Virus record (IMG/VR): IMGVR_UViG_3300024493_000235 | Location: 1 to 64,000 of that record | From: a virus | Lineage: Duplodnaviria > Caudoviricetes | DNA length: 64,000 nt | Reading direction: 5' to 3' (one strand) | Shown here: in pieces, positions 51,620 through 61,553 of the stretch | Layout of the letters: the number at the start of each line of letters is the position of its first letter | Position numbering within the stretch: position 1 is the first letter of the stretch | The notes under the pieces: generated by a model | Database searches by the model: none | Told to the model about the DNA's origin: nothing | What the model saw: the letters and a program-made list of their open reading frames with translations, nothing else | Program-made: the position numbers and the translations under genes

Positions 51620-52639
51620 TCACTCCGTATAGCACAATTGGGCTATATCTATCGGAATGTTACGGAAGATATTTTCATTGAGCTTTTCGATAGAATAATC
51701 GATGTTATCAACATGCCAAAGTATCATATAATTATCTAATTCTTTAGCATGATTTTGTAACTGCAAAGACATTGAAAGCCGTTCGAATTCTTTTGTAAGG
51801 CCACACATTTTATACAGACCTTCACAATCGATAGTGGAGCATGTTCCATCCCTTATACATGCAAAGATATTTTTCTTTGCATCTCTTATATTCTCCACAT
51901 GCTCAAATTTTGATTTCTTCGGATATATCAGTAGCCCTGATAAGAATAGGTCTATAAATAAAAACCTTATAGCATATGCTCTATTAAGGTCTTGTAAGTG
52001 TTTGTCTTTAAAAAGCCAGTCTGTTATAATCGTATGCTCTGTAAAAAGGCCTTTTCCAAGACCAAGTCTGTTTATACTGTAACGAATTTTGCTTTCATAT
52101 TGTAGTTGGCATACGGTATAATCCAGCGCATTATTTGATACAAGAAGTACAAATAACGGACAAGACTTTTTCTTTTGGATGTGCAGTTGCACATTATAGG
52201 ATATACTGACATAATCCGGCATATCCTTAGTATGTATATAATATACTTTAGGTATAAATATACATATCTGTGGAAGTAAAGTATCAAGAGCTTCATTTAT
52301 GGCCTTCTCGTATTTAGGATTTCCGTATTCAAGCGCTTTATCGCCCCTGTAGAAATAAATATTGGCGTGTCTTCTTGCTTTTCTAAAGTGAATCGCAATC
52401 TCAAGAATACATGCAACTATATATTCCTTAGTTAGATATGGTGAGCTTTTATCGTATGATTTTAATAGGGATTCCCATGTGCGAAATATTCCGTAGACAG
52501 AGATATAGATATGGATATCTCCCTTATTTTTTTCTTTTGGAAGAACCTGATCTATCATCTCGTATTTCGTCATTAGGCATGTACAGGCCACTTTAAACAA
52601 GTTAGCCTGGGTACGGTCGTCTTCCTTATGAAAGTACAT
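51620..52639 (-). CDS. Hypothetical protein (possibly degenerate 5'-3' nuclease fold)
   Basis: Start moved to 52639 (AAGGAG RBS); IHIYISV..AIHFR..IYFY topology. Confidence 0.5.
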   Translation of the reverse strand: MYFHKEDDRTQANLFKVACTCLMTKYEMIDQVLPKEKNKGDIHIYISVYGIFRTWESLLKSYDKSSPYLTKEYIVACILEIAIHFRKARRHANIYFYRGDKALEYGNPKYEKAINEALDTLLPQICIFIPKVYYIHTKDMPDYVSISYNVQLHIQKKKSCPLFVLLVSNNALDYTVCQLQYESKIRYSINRLGLGKGLFTEHTIITDWLFKDKHLQDLNRAYAIRFLFIDLFLSGLLIYPKKSKFEHVENIRDAKKNIFACIRDGTCSTIDCEGLYKMCGLTKEFERLSMSLQLQNHAKELDNYMILWHVDNIDYSIEKLNENIFRNIPIDIAQLCYTE

Positions 52640-52692
52640 GTTTTTCTCCTTAATCTTAGGCCTTTTTAGGCCATTTTTCCTATTAAAAAAGC

Positions 52693-52710
52693 CTATTAAC
52701 ATGTTAATAG
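52693..52710. promoter_or_regulatory. Palindromic bidirectional late-type promoter
   Basis: CTATTAACATGTTAATAG reads AACA-TGTTAA-TA on both strands, between divergent genes. Confidence 0.65.
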
Positions 52711-52744
52711 AGCAAGTTATATTGAAATAACAAGAGGTATTTTT

Positions 52745-53587
52745 ATGGTATATACACTTGAAGATGTCTTAAATCCAAAGGACATGCATCCGGCCACGAA
52801 AAATATAGTTTTGCAGGCATATTCACAAAGATATAGTGTACTTCGAGGCAGAATTTTGTGGGCATGTTGTCAATACAAAACGTCATATTTTATACATATG
52901 AGAATCCCTTCGGAAAGTCCATATTGTACAAAGATATGGTATGATGTCGTATTTGAATTTTATCCTTTATCAGACTCTGATATAACAGCGGGAACTTTAA
53001 AAAATTATGGAGTTAAAGCATATTCAAATTATCCACCGTTTTTATTTTCATTTACATATGTGTATAATAAACATAATTTACTTATTCCGTGGCTTAAAAC
53101 AAAGTGTTCAAAGAAAGCACTTTTTGATGCCCCTGTAAAAACAAACCCGCACCAAGTGTTAGGTTCCGATATTAAAATGTGGTTTGCGATGTATCACATT
53201 AAAATGATAGGCCTTACAGATAAACGAAAGTTCAAGATAATGATTAATACATCTATAGGGCATATTGCGAAAGTTGTACTGTCACAGGAAACCATGCTTG
53301 TTTTAAGAACAAGAGCTGAAAGGTTTGGAAAAGAAACTGTGAAAGCTCAAGCTAAACAAAAGGCAAAACGAGCTGATTACAATAACAGACAAAGACTTGA
53401 AAAAGCCGCTATAAAAGGTATTGAAAGTCATCTTCGAAAAGAAGCTAACAGAACGGGAGAGCATATTGGATATACGCATACCATGGCGAAAAATCTTGTG
53501 AAGTTAGCTAAGAGTGCAAAAACGGCAAGGGTCATAAACAGAGCGAGAAGTCCAAAGCAATCAAGACAAGCTCGTAGACCTAAGTGA
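52745..53587 (+). CDS. Jumbo-phage hypothetical protein with basic C-terminal tail
   Basis: 280 aa; RIPSES..YDVVFEF..YSNYPPFLFSFTYVY; K/R-rich tail. Confidence 0.65.
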   Translation: MVYTLEDVLNPKDMHPATKNIVLQAYSQRYSVLRGRILWACCQYKTSYFIHMRIPSESPYCTKIWYDVVFEFYPLSDSDITAGTLKNYGVKAYSNYPPFLFSFTYVYNKHNLLIPWLKTKCSKKALFDAPVKTNPHQVLGSDIKMWFAMYHIKMIGLTDKRKFKIMINTSIGHIAKVVLSQETMLVLRTRAERFGKETVKAQAKQKAKRADYNNRQRLEKAAIKGIESHLRKEANRTGEHIGYTHTMAKNLVKLAKSAKTARVINRARSPKQSRQARRPK

Positions 53588-53669
53588 TGCACTTTATATC
53601 TGTTTTGATTATATATAATTGCAACTAAGGATGCAATTATATATAAACGTATAGGAGGGGCACAACCAA

Positions 53670-55235
53670 TTGAAAAAGATTAAGCCTACATTCTCTAATT
53701 CGAAGATATTTTCAGGAGGGGTACATGTAAACTTCTCTAAGTTGTTTGAAAATAATCTTTCGGATTATGAGGACTTTGATCTTTCAGGAAAAAGAACCTA
53801 TAGCAATAATCAAGACTTAATAATCAAATCTCTTAACTCAACGATCAAACTCGACGAAGATAGTGAAATAATAACCAACTATCTTATGGTCATGCACAAA
53901 ATCATAAAACAAAGATTCAAAACCCCAGAATCTTTCGTCGACTCTGTAGCAACAGAAATTTTAAAAGACTGGTTTGTAGCGAATGTAAAAGAATGGGTTG
54001 AAAAAGAATACACTTCAAAGTGTAAATCGCTAAACCGGGAAGCTGCAGAATTTGTAAAAAGGCATGATCCTTCAGTTGTTTTTACAGACGATCATAGCAT
54101 TTTGTTATATCAGCTATCTTATCTGTTTCGTTTTGTCATTCCTCTGTGTACTCATTTTATTAAAGTGTATTCTGATATGATAAGCATGCAGGATACAAGT
54201 GAATTCTATATTGATGCCTACGGTCAGACGTATAAGAACGCGCAGGATGCTATGATACACGGGCAAAAATTATTTAATAAAACAACCTTTCTTTTGACTG
54301 TATGTCAGGTGTGTATTTGGGCTCTTACTAAAGATACTCCAAGTATGAATATTTATGGTAAGTTAAATCACTACATTACGATGATGGTTAAAGGTACTGG
54401 TTACTCCGATGCTGAAATGTGGAATAAACTTATCATGAGGAGCACAAGTAAATACAACCAAGTTGACATAATAATGGCTAAGGTACTTATTGATATTATT
54501 CCAAAAGCTTCTTTTGCCAAAAACATCATCGCTTACATTATTACAACTTGTGAAAGCCATCTTAAGTGGAGCTTCCATATGGATTTTAATATTAACTATA
54601 ATATGATAAATCCTATTTCCGAAGATTCAGACTTCTCCGACGCCGATCGTTTTGATATTAACAGTGTGAAGACCGATGAGCTTAAAAAGATACTCCAAGA
54701 TAACTTCATGGATGACACAATCGATATAATCTTTGAAAGAAAACAATTCGTTGTTGATCCGGATGAATATTCTTGGTATCTTAAGAATAATCGAGTGCAG
54801 CCAATACAAGAAATTATGATACGAAATTTCTTTTCCATACCGTTTGGAGGATATGGCAATTTAGATGGTGTAAACGAAACACAATATACAAAGCTTTTAT
54901 GCTATCTAATCCATTATCTTAAATCTAACGCACAGTTTAAAGTGCTTCCAAAAATTTTAACAGGTGTTATCGCAACTGTAAACGAGAAAAGGCTTTTATC
55001 TAGGCCCATAGAAAGGCGCATTAGAGAATCGAGCCGTTATCAGAATATTGTTTCGAAATATCGTTTTACAGGTAACGTACTACAAAAATCAAACGTCATA
55101 GAACAAACAATTATGACTATCCTTAATTCCAAGATTTTATACAACGAATGGAAGTACAGAAAAAATGGAACTGATATACAACTTTTGGTTGAAGACGTAT
55201 GCGAAGAATACCTTATGTTTTTAGAAAATTTATAA
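53670..55235 (+). CDS. Probable sigma-like promoter-specificity subunit of non-virion RNAP (AR9 gp226 / phiKZ gp68-like)
   Basis: 521 aa, all-helical; FTDDH..L..LS....VIPL..HF, N.YGKL, FGGY.NL, LPKILTG, EEYL.FL recall the gp226 family (from memory); early-type motif upstream; RNAP context. Confidence 0.55.
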   Translation: MKKIKPTFSNSKIFSGGVHVNFSKLFENNLSDYEDFDLSGKRTYSNNQDLIIKSLNSTIKLDEDSEIITNYLMVMHKIIKQRFKTPESFVDSVATEILKDWFVANVKEWVEKEYTSKCKSLNREAAEFVKRHDPSVVFTDDHSILLYQLSYLFRFVIPLCTHFIKVYSDMISMQDTSEFYIDAYGQTYKNAQDAMIHGQKLFNKTTFLLTVCQVCIWALTKDTPSMNIYGKLNHYITMMVKGTGYSDAEMWNKLIMRSTSKYNQVDIIMAKVLIDIIPKASFAKNIIAYIITTCESHLKWSFHMDFNINYNMINPISEDSDFSDADRFDINSVKTDELKKILQDNFMDDTIDIIFERKQFVVDPDEYSWYLKNNRVQPIQEIMIRNFFSIPFGGYGNLDGVNETQYTKLLCYLIHYLKSNAQFKVLPKILTGVIATVNEKRLLSRPIERRIRESSRYQNIVSKYRFTGNVLQKSNVIEQTIMTILNSKILYNEWKYRKNGTDIQLLVEDVCEEYLMFLENL

Positions 55236-55239
55236 AGAG

Positions 55240-56178
55240 GTGTTTATGAGATTGCTGAAAGAAAACGCCAATCTTAATGCACTTTGTCAAAGCGATCTAT
55301 TCAGATGGTATATGGACTTTGTGTTGAATGTCGGTAAAAATAACAATATCGAAATAAGAGGCATAAACGAATTTGATATCAATCTTTTGTTAAAAGATCA
55401 TACTAACGTGGACACAACGTCTGCTGCTATTATAAAAGAGGTGTTAAAACCTATAGATGGCATATCCAAAATTGAATGGATACGAAACAAGTTCACTTTC
55501 GTAGTCTATACAGGGTATTGTCACGATTCACAGACACATATTTCGTTTGTGCCAATACAAGGATATATTGGAAACAACGCACAAGTTCATCAAAATCTGT
55601 GTTCAATGTATACAGGTATCATTTCAGTAGAAAATATCGTTAAGGAAAACTTACAAAATATAGCTCCACAAGAAATGCCAAGATATGCAACGTACTTTAT
55701 GGGAAAAATTCTTGACGAAAAAGATATCTCTGTAACAAAGCATTACTTCGATGAAAACCCGAAACAGAAAATACAAGTTGATAAAGTGTTCAGATTTAAT
55801 GTTAACAACGATTATCTTTTTAACCCGTTAGTTCCGTGCTGTCATCCTATATATCTACAACACAAATTAAATACATTTTGGAATAGATCGCATGAACCTG
55901 AAACTTGGACAAAATTTATAACAGACTCCAGTTATAAATACAAGTGTAATTGCATAATCATAGCTGGAGGACTTAAGTTTTATAGATTTAATCCGAAGTT
56001 ACAATGTATCGAAACACGATACGTTTTACAAGTCCCATTTGCAATTCATCGCATCGATGTAAAATACGTAGGAACTAGGTTATTCAAACTGATTCCGAAA
56101 TTGAGACCTAAAAATACTCAACGAGACGATGATGGTAATACGGACAAAGATGATCTTGAAAGTGAGACACAAGAATAA
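55240..56178 (+). CDS. Hypothetical protein
   Basis: 312-aa ORF. Confidence 0.65.
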   Translation: MFMRLLKENANLNALCQSDLFRWYMDFVLNVGKNNNIEIRGINEFDINLLLKDHTNVDTTSAAIIKEVLKPIDGISKIEWIRNKFTFVVYTGYCHDSQTHISFVPIQGYIGNNAQVHQNLCSMYTGIISVENIVKENLQNIAPQEMPRYATYFMGKILDEKDISVTKHYFDENPKQKIQVDKVFRFNVNNDYLFNPLVPCCHPIYLQHKLNTFWNRSHEPETWTKFITDSSYKYKCNCIIIAGGLKFYRFNPKLQCIETRYVLQVPFAIHRIDVKYVGTRLFKLIPKLRPKNTQRDDDGNTDKDDLESETQE

Positions 56179-56189
56179 GGAAACTTGAT

Positions 56190-56774
56190 ATGCTCGAAAA
56201 TGGGTTTGATGGGAATCTCAAGCTTCCCATACAAGATTATGATAAAGACGGACATCCTAAAGGAGACTGTAGAGTTGTTTCATTGAAAGAATGGTTTGAT
56301 GAATACGATGCTCTTTCTATCGAGGAGAAAAAGAAACCGAAATACAGAATCCTACAAACTGAAAATATATTTGTGGACGCTATTCCGCATAAAATTTGTG
56401 TACGCGTAAGAACACATCTTCAAAAAGTTATACTGCGTTTTGTACACGATGATGTATTTGCAAATACTGTACCAATATATTGTGGGAAAGATGTAAAATT
56501 TCCATGTCTTGGCGGTGGTATAACAAGGGTAGAGCATTATGGAAATTTTCGCAACGTAAGGGTTCCTGTGAATACATGGTGGTTATACAAAAATATGATG
56601 GCATACAAGAAAGACGCGGTAAACCTATCGGTATTTTCAAACTTGGAAGATGTCCATATTGATCGAAATTTATGTGTCGAACCTCCTGAAGGGATGTATA
56701 CTGTTCGTTTTAAGAAAAAGGATTATGTGTCTTTTACACTTGATAATTCTCTTATCATGTTAGGCACATATTAA
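56190..56774 (+). CDS. Hypothetical protein
   Basis: 194-aa ORF, AAGGA RBS. Confidence 0.65.
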   Translation: MLENGFDGNLKLPIQDYDKDGHPKGDCRVVSLKEWFDEYDALSIEEKKKPKYRILQTENIFVDAIPHKICVRVRTHLQKVILRFVHDDVFANTVPIYCGKDVKFPCLGGGITRVEHYGNFRNVRVPVNTWWLYKNMMAYKKDAVNLSVFSNLEDVHIDRNLCVEPPEGMYTVRFKKKDYVSFTLDNSLIMLGTY

Positions 56775-56777
56775 AAA

Positions 56778-56809
56778 GAATTACGGAGGGCGTTTGCCCT
56801 CCGTAATTT
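56778..56809. terminator. Bidirectional terminator
   Basis: GAATTACGGAGGGC-GTTT-GCCCTCCGTAATTT. Confidence 0.75.
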
Positions 56810-56820
56810 CTTATTTTTTG

Positions 56821-59800
56821 TTACGGATGTTCTTCTTCATACTCATCGATCTTGTTCTGGACGGATGTCCATGTCGGACCTATAATAGAGTTCACCATAC
56901 GAATGATGTCCTCATCATTATCCGCTTCAAGTTCCAACTGAGTTTTTATATCCGCAAGTTTTTGCTTCATTTCCGCAAGGTTCTCTTCTGTGATTTCAAG
57001 TTCACTTATGTCTGCATCGAGAAGCTCATGGTAATCGGCTTTAAGTCTTGTTACAATGTTTTGAGCATTCTGAATCATTGTTACATACTTCGTAAGGATG
57101 TCACTCCTTCCTTGGAATGTCGCAATTGATTCAGTTATTGCGCTTGGTATCTTCGCAAAAAGCGTTTGGACCGCGGTAATCTTTTCAAGGCTGTCAATTT
57201 CGACATCCGAATCGAATGTAATATCATCAGAGAAGTCGCTCCACACCGAATCGTAGATGTCAACAATCGCATCCCGTGCTTGATTCTGATACCCAGCATT
57301 ATCAAGAATATCATCCGCAAGGTCATTTTGAATGTCTTCGAATGCGCTATACAATGACAGAGCAGCATCAAGATCCGAATTCTCAACATCATCAGCTTCG
57401 AGTTTATCGAGTATATCTTTATGCTCTTCAATGAAGGTGAGTACAGCGCATATACCATCGTAGGTATCGTTTACGTTGTCATACGCTTCTTTTACAAAGC
57501 CAAAGACCACACTATCGTTATAAACGTTTTCGTATTCGGTTTTGAAGATTTTGAGTATATCAACAACATCCGGATCCGATATATTTACAGTTTCCGGGGA
57601 ATCGAGGATACCAACTTTATACTCATCGATGAATTCCTGCGCGAGTGTCCGTTTCGGAAGATCTATCACTGCCAGAAGTCCTTCAAGAGTATCCTGCATA
57701 TCAAAGAGAATGTCGGAGATGATATCGCAGTCATTTCCGTAAATGGTTTCGGCAATCCTTTCGATAGCGGCAGTGAGTTCATTGCGGTCATCTTCCGCTA
57801 TATTGGTTTCGTCCTTTTCGAGGAGTTCTTCATAGTCGTCTTTGATGGACAGTACGGTATTAAGGGCCTGAATTATTTTCATGAAGTCTTCTTCGCTGTA
57901 ATCACTCAATTCATCTTTTACTTCCTGTGCAAGGTCGGAGAATACGTTGTGCGCTTCAATGAATTCATCACGCAACGTTTCGATATCGTCGATATTAATT
58001 GCAGGATCGTAATACCCGTCAATGATGTCAATATATTTCTTGTATTCAGCGGTGAATTGTGCGGCCTTCTCTTGCGGAGTTGGATTCGGTGTCTTAATGG
58101 AATCGAGGTACCCAAGAAGAGCCGTTAAATCGTAATATACCCCTGAAAGAATTGTTGAAGCGCCTTCATCGATAAAGTTAAGCCATTCATCAATAGCTTC
58201 GCTTATCTTGTCACGGTTGTCTTCTGTGATATCACTTTCGGTAAGGTAAACCACATCGCTGTAATCAGCAAGATATTCCTCAACGATTTCAAGAGAGTTA
58301 CGGTAACTCACTAAAGACGCATATACATCTGCAATCTCTTCCTGATCCTCTGTTGACATTTTGTGATATTCTGTAATGGCGCCTTTTACAGCAACAAGCG
58401 TATCAGATACATCTTCAAGATACAAAGTTGTGTTTCCATCAACGATATCGATTAAGTCAGCAAATGCCGAAAGGAATCCGGCAGCATCATAACCGTCATC
58501 TTCATTTCCGGGAGTAGTGCCACCACCAGGATTATCACCACCTGAATCGCCACCATTGTCTTCGCCGTTATCGCCTCCTGTATTGTCTTCCGTACTTTCG
58601 GCAATTTCTTTGAGTTCAAGAAGAACGGTGTGCTCACTTTCAAGTAAGCGTTGTACGTTGACATCAAGAAGTTCGTACCTTTCAATGGCTTCAATGATTT
58701 CATCAAGAAGATCCACGATCGTTTGCTTCTCATCATCAGCCGAAAGTGAAAATACCTCAGGATACGTATTCTTGTAATTCTTAAGAGCGATAAAAAGTCT
58801 TCTAAGGACTTTCAAGTGTTCGAGTTCGTCTTCAAGAAGTTTTTGTACTTCCTCGTCAAGACTATCGTATGCACTGAATGCATATGTGATTTGGAATCTG
58901 TCTTCACGGGTTACATTGTCAACAGTCTTGGCCAAAATACTGGCGTATGTGGTTCTGAAGGTTTGAGCAGCTTCTTCAACAGTTTCGCTGCCTATATCTT
59001 CTCCACCGGATTCATCTCCTCCAGTTCCTCCTTCGTCGGGATCACTGCCACCTCCCTCATTTCCACCGGACTCTTCATCGCCGCCACCATTACCAGTGCC
59101 ACCGCCAGGATTATCACCACCAGAATTGCCGCCGTTTTCATTCGGATCTCCTCCTCCTTCACCTTCATTCGGGTCAGTGCTGTTGTTCGGATCTTCAGGA
59201 TCAACAACAGGTTCACCACCACCGTCGCCTTCTCCGGAATTATCTTCCTCTTCTCGAAGTTCGGCCTTAAGCTCGATATCAAGAATGAAATTAATTCCGT
59301 ATTCAGGAATGTCTTCGATTTTTATATCATCAAAGACAATCTTGCAATACGGAGCGACGTTTACTATTTCGGATGTTGGATGTACTTGAGTTGTGAAAGA
59401 TATATTTTCTCCCCTGGAACCTGATGTGCTCGATACGCTGACTCTGGATCCGACATACAAGCACAATTCATTTATAACGGCTGGACTGTCAACTTTCTTA
59501 AGGTTAAATGCAGCTTGAATTTCGGATTTCGTGATATTACACACAAGATGCTGAATCTTTACAGGGATATCATCTTTATCAAGTGTGCTCATGATATTCA
59601 TTTCGATCGGGCGTTTTGCATAAAACATCCTCATCCACTGGGAGTTATGCATAAACGGCGCATACATGCGATATGCTTCGTATTTCAAAAAGGACATTTG
59701 GGCCGTACAAATCGGAATGGGATTTCCCAATCCGCCGAATAATCCGCCATAGGTGTCAATATCAGAAAATTTGGCAACTGATGGGTATTTTACAAACCTG

Positions 59801-60054
59801 TCCCATGTTACTTTATTTTCTTTATAATCTTCTGTAGTAAGATTCGCCCCATTTCCTACAGCGAATACAATTTCATTGATATTGATGTCTACTGTGTTTG
59901 GGTTATATTGAACGGCTAAATTCAATTTCTTTTCTAACGGCACTAACCATGTAGAAACGCGCTTAATTCCGAATACCGTATTGAGGTATGCATCACGACT
60001 CTGTATTTCGAGTGTGGACATCCTATCCAGGTATTTAAGAGAAAATTTGCTCAT
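56821..60054 (-). CDS. Large acidic virion protein: tail-collar-like N-domain, G/D/E/N-rich linkers, helical repeats
   Basis: FAVGNGA..INELCLY N-domain; GGNSGGDNPGGG-type linkers; repeats like AQTFRTTYASILAKTVDNVTRED; late-type motif 60086-60097. Confidence 0.55.
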   Translation of the reverse strand: MSKFSLKYLDRMSTLEIQSRDAYLNTVFGIKRVSTWLVPLEKKLNLAVQYNPNTVDININEIVFAVGNGANLTTEDYKENKVTWDRFVKYPSVAKFSDIDTYGGLFGGLGNPIPICTAQMSFLKYEAYRMYAPFMHNSQWMRMFYAKRPIEMNIMSTLDKDDIPVKIQHLVCNITKSEIQAAFNLKKVDSPAVINELCLYVGSRVSVSSTSGSRGENISFTTQVHPTSEIVNVAPYCKIVFDDIKIEDIPEYGINFILDIELKAELREEEDNSGEGDGGGEPVVDPEDPNNSTDPNEGEGGGDPNENGGNSGGDNPGGGTGNGGGDEESGGNEGGGSDPDEGGTGGDESGGEDIGSETVEEAAQTFRTTYASILAKTVDNVTREDRFQITYAFSAYDSLDEEVQKLLEDELEHLKVLRRLFIALKNYKNTYPEVFSLSADDEKQTIVDLLDEIIEAIERYELLDVNVQRLLESEHTVLLELKEIAESTEDNTGGDNGEDNGGDSGGDNPGGGTTPGNEDDGYDAAGFLSAFADLIDIVDGNTTLYLEDVSDTLVAVKGAITEYHKMSTEDQEEIADVYASLVSYRNSLEIVEEYLADYSDVVYLTESDITEDNRDKISEAIDEWLNFIDEGASTILSGVYYDLTALLGYLDSIKTPNPTPQEKAAQFTAEYKKYIDIIDGYYDPAINIDDIETLRDEFIEAHNVFSDLAQEVKDELSDYSEEDFMKIIQALNTVLSIKDDYEELLEKDETNIAEDDRNELTAAIERIAETIYGNDCDIISDILFDMQDTLEGLLAVIDLPKRTLAQEFIDEYKVGILDSPETVNISDPDVVDILKIFKTEYENVYNDSVVFGFVKEAYDNVNDTYDGICAVLTFIEEHKDILDKLEADDVENSDLDAALSLYSAFEDIQNDLADDILDNAGYQNQARDAIVDIYDSVWSDFSDDITFDSDVEIDSLEKITAVQTLFAKIPSAITESIATFQGRSDILTKYVTMIQNAQNIVTRLKADYHELLDADISELEITEENLAEMKQKLADIKTQLELEADNDEDIIRMVNSIIGPTWTSVQNKIDEYEEEHP

Positions 60055-60155
60055 ATATTCTTCTCCTTTAATAAGATAAGGTCTTTATACACATGTTTTA
60101 AGAGCCAATTCTCAATATCACTTTTACGTATATATAATAGATTTAAGGAGATAAC

Positions 60156-60827
60156 ATGAAAAACGAGCTTAAATCCAAGATATACCATCACCTTGAAGAA
60201 CGAGAAAAACTTGTACAGAAAATGCGTGAACAACGTGAAGAGAAGGCAAAAAACTTCATAAAATGGTTTAAATGCACCCTTGAAGAAGTCGCTATTGCTG
60301 TCCATAAACTTGCCGCGGAGGAGATTACAAATCTTTGCGAACAACCGGCAATACATCCTGATAAAGTGGACTATGGTGAGCATTCAATAAAGTTTAAATT
60401 GCTCATTCCACGAAAAAACATCGAATTTCGTCTTGATAAAGGAAAAATTAACACCTTCTCCGCCGGTATGCATTTTAATTCCGAAATGTGTATTTCATGG
60501 GATGAGTTATTTAAGAAAGTTTGCAGGAAAGGGCATATATTCTTTAGAACTCAAACTATGAAAGAATTTGGAATTGTGCCAACTCAGAAAAGCAGCGATG
60601 ATGCAGATACATGCCCTCAAATAGCGTGTAAGTATCTAAGCGAATACGTCTTCGATTTATTTAAATCAGAAGAAGAATCTACAGGAGCGTGTGTTATATC
60701 ACGAACTGATAATGATACATACGCTGTTCTTATAGGCAGAAACTTTGAAGGTTTAAACGTTCATATTCAATTTCACGTTGCGAATCCTGTTTTAGATCCA
60801 GACGTTAAAGTCTACGGATACGATTAA
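60156..60827 (+). CDS. Hypothetical protein (family member 1)
   Basis: AAGGAG RBS; early-type motif 60129-60138. Confidence 0.7.
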   Translation: MKNELKSKIYHHLEEREKLVQKMREQREEKAKNFIKWFKCTLEEVAIAVHKLAAEEITNLCEQPAIHPDKVDYGEHSIKFKLLIPRKNIEFRLDKGKINTFSAGMHFNSEMCISWDELFKKVCRKGHIFFRTQTMKEFGIVPTQKSSDDADTCPQIACKYLSEYVFDLFKSEEESTGACVISRTDNDTYAVLIGRNFEGLNVHIQFHVANPVLDPDVKVYGYD

Positions 60828-60842
60828 TCGTAAAGGAAAATT

Positions 60843-61539
60843 ATGAAAAACGAAATCAAAGCGTATATAGACAAGCACTTGGATAAAAGAAAGCAGTCTA
60901 TAAAAGATGATGAAGCATCTATTGAACCCGAAGCAGTGCGTTTCATAGAATGGTTTAAAGAAACCCTTCATAATTTGGCGTTAAACGTGTACGATATTAC
61001 GTATAACGAAATTAAAACCATTTGCGAACAAACTGATCAAAAATCGGACAAAATTGCATATTATCAGGATAGCATTATTTTCAAAATAGCTATTCCAAAA
61101 AGCCGTAATAGATCCGCTATTGCTGCGTATTGGGGTACATGTCAAGATATTTAATCTACGACAAAGTGATAATGGTATATCTTGGTATGAATTGTTTTGG
61201 ATCAACGGAGCTGTTACAAATAAAGTTGGCAGTTTCTTTGAAGCGCGAGCCATGAAAGACTTCGGGTTTAAATATAATCTACCAAATGACGACAGAGAGA
61301 TTAATAACTGTTCCGATTTGGCATGTTATTATTTAGCAGATTATGTCGGCGATTTATTTAAGTAAAACGAAGATGCCTTCATAAACTGCAACGTATATAC
61401 CTCAACTCTTTCATCTTTACCGGATTGTGCCATTGTTCTAAATGTCGAATTTAAAGTCGATAAACCTATACCTGGAGCATCTCAAAAACTTTGTGAGACA
61501 TCCGGCACATCAAGAAGAATTATCGTACCGAACGGATAA
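60843..61539 (+). pseudogene. Disrupted paralogue of 60156-60827 (frameshift plus nonsense)
   Basis: MKNEIK..FIEWFK.TL..ICEQ, then frameshift in the A-run 61097-61101 to ..ISWYELF..MKDFG..LAC.YL..YV.DLFK, TAA 61363-61365, then in-frame ..LNVEFKVDKP. Confidence 0.7.
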
Positions 61540-61553
61540 AACAAAAAGAGTCA

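Larger units (their letters stand above)
92..60097. promoter_or_regulatory. Dispersed late-type promoter motif AACA-N6-TA (15 intergenic copies)
   Basis: +92, +7425, -9775, -13529, -21970, +22007, -32766, +32786, +37170, +42464, +42991, +48546, -52694, +52698, -60086; each oriented toward the following gene. Confidence 0.75.

Noticed and set aside
2054-59424. Long antisense or alternate-frame ORFs (e.g. 2054-2680, 7650-8297, 10048-10581, 31191-31901, 57421-58128, 58816-59424)
   Set aside because: They shadow better-supported genes, lack RBS or promoter, and show mirror-image low-complexity composition
13808-61365. Stop-codon reassignment suggested by in-frame TAA stops
   Set aside because: Long conserved genes are open in the standard code and end in TAA, TAG and TGA; the lesions are limited to two duplicated accessory genes
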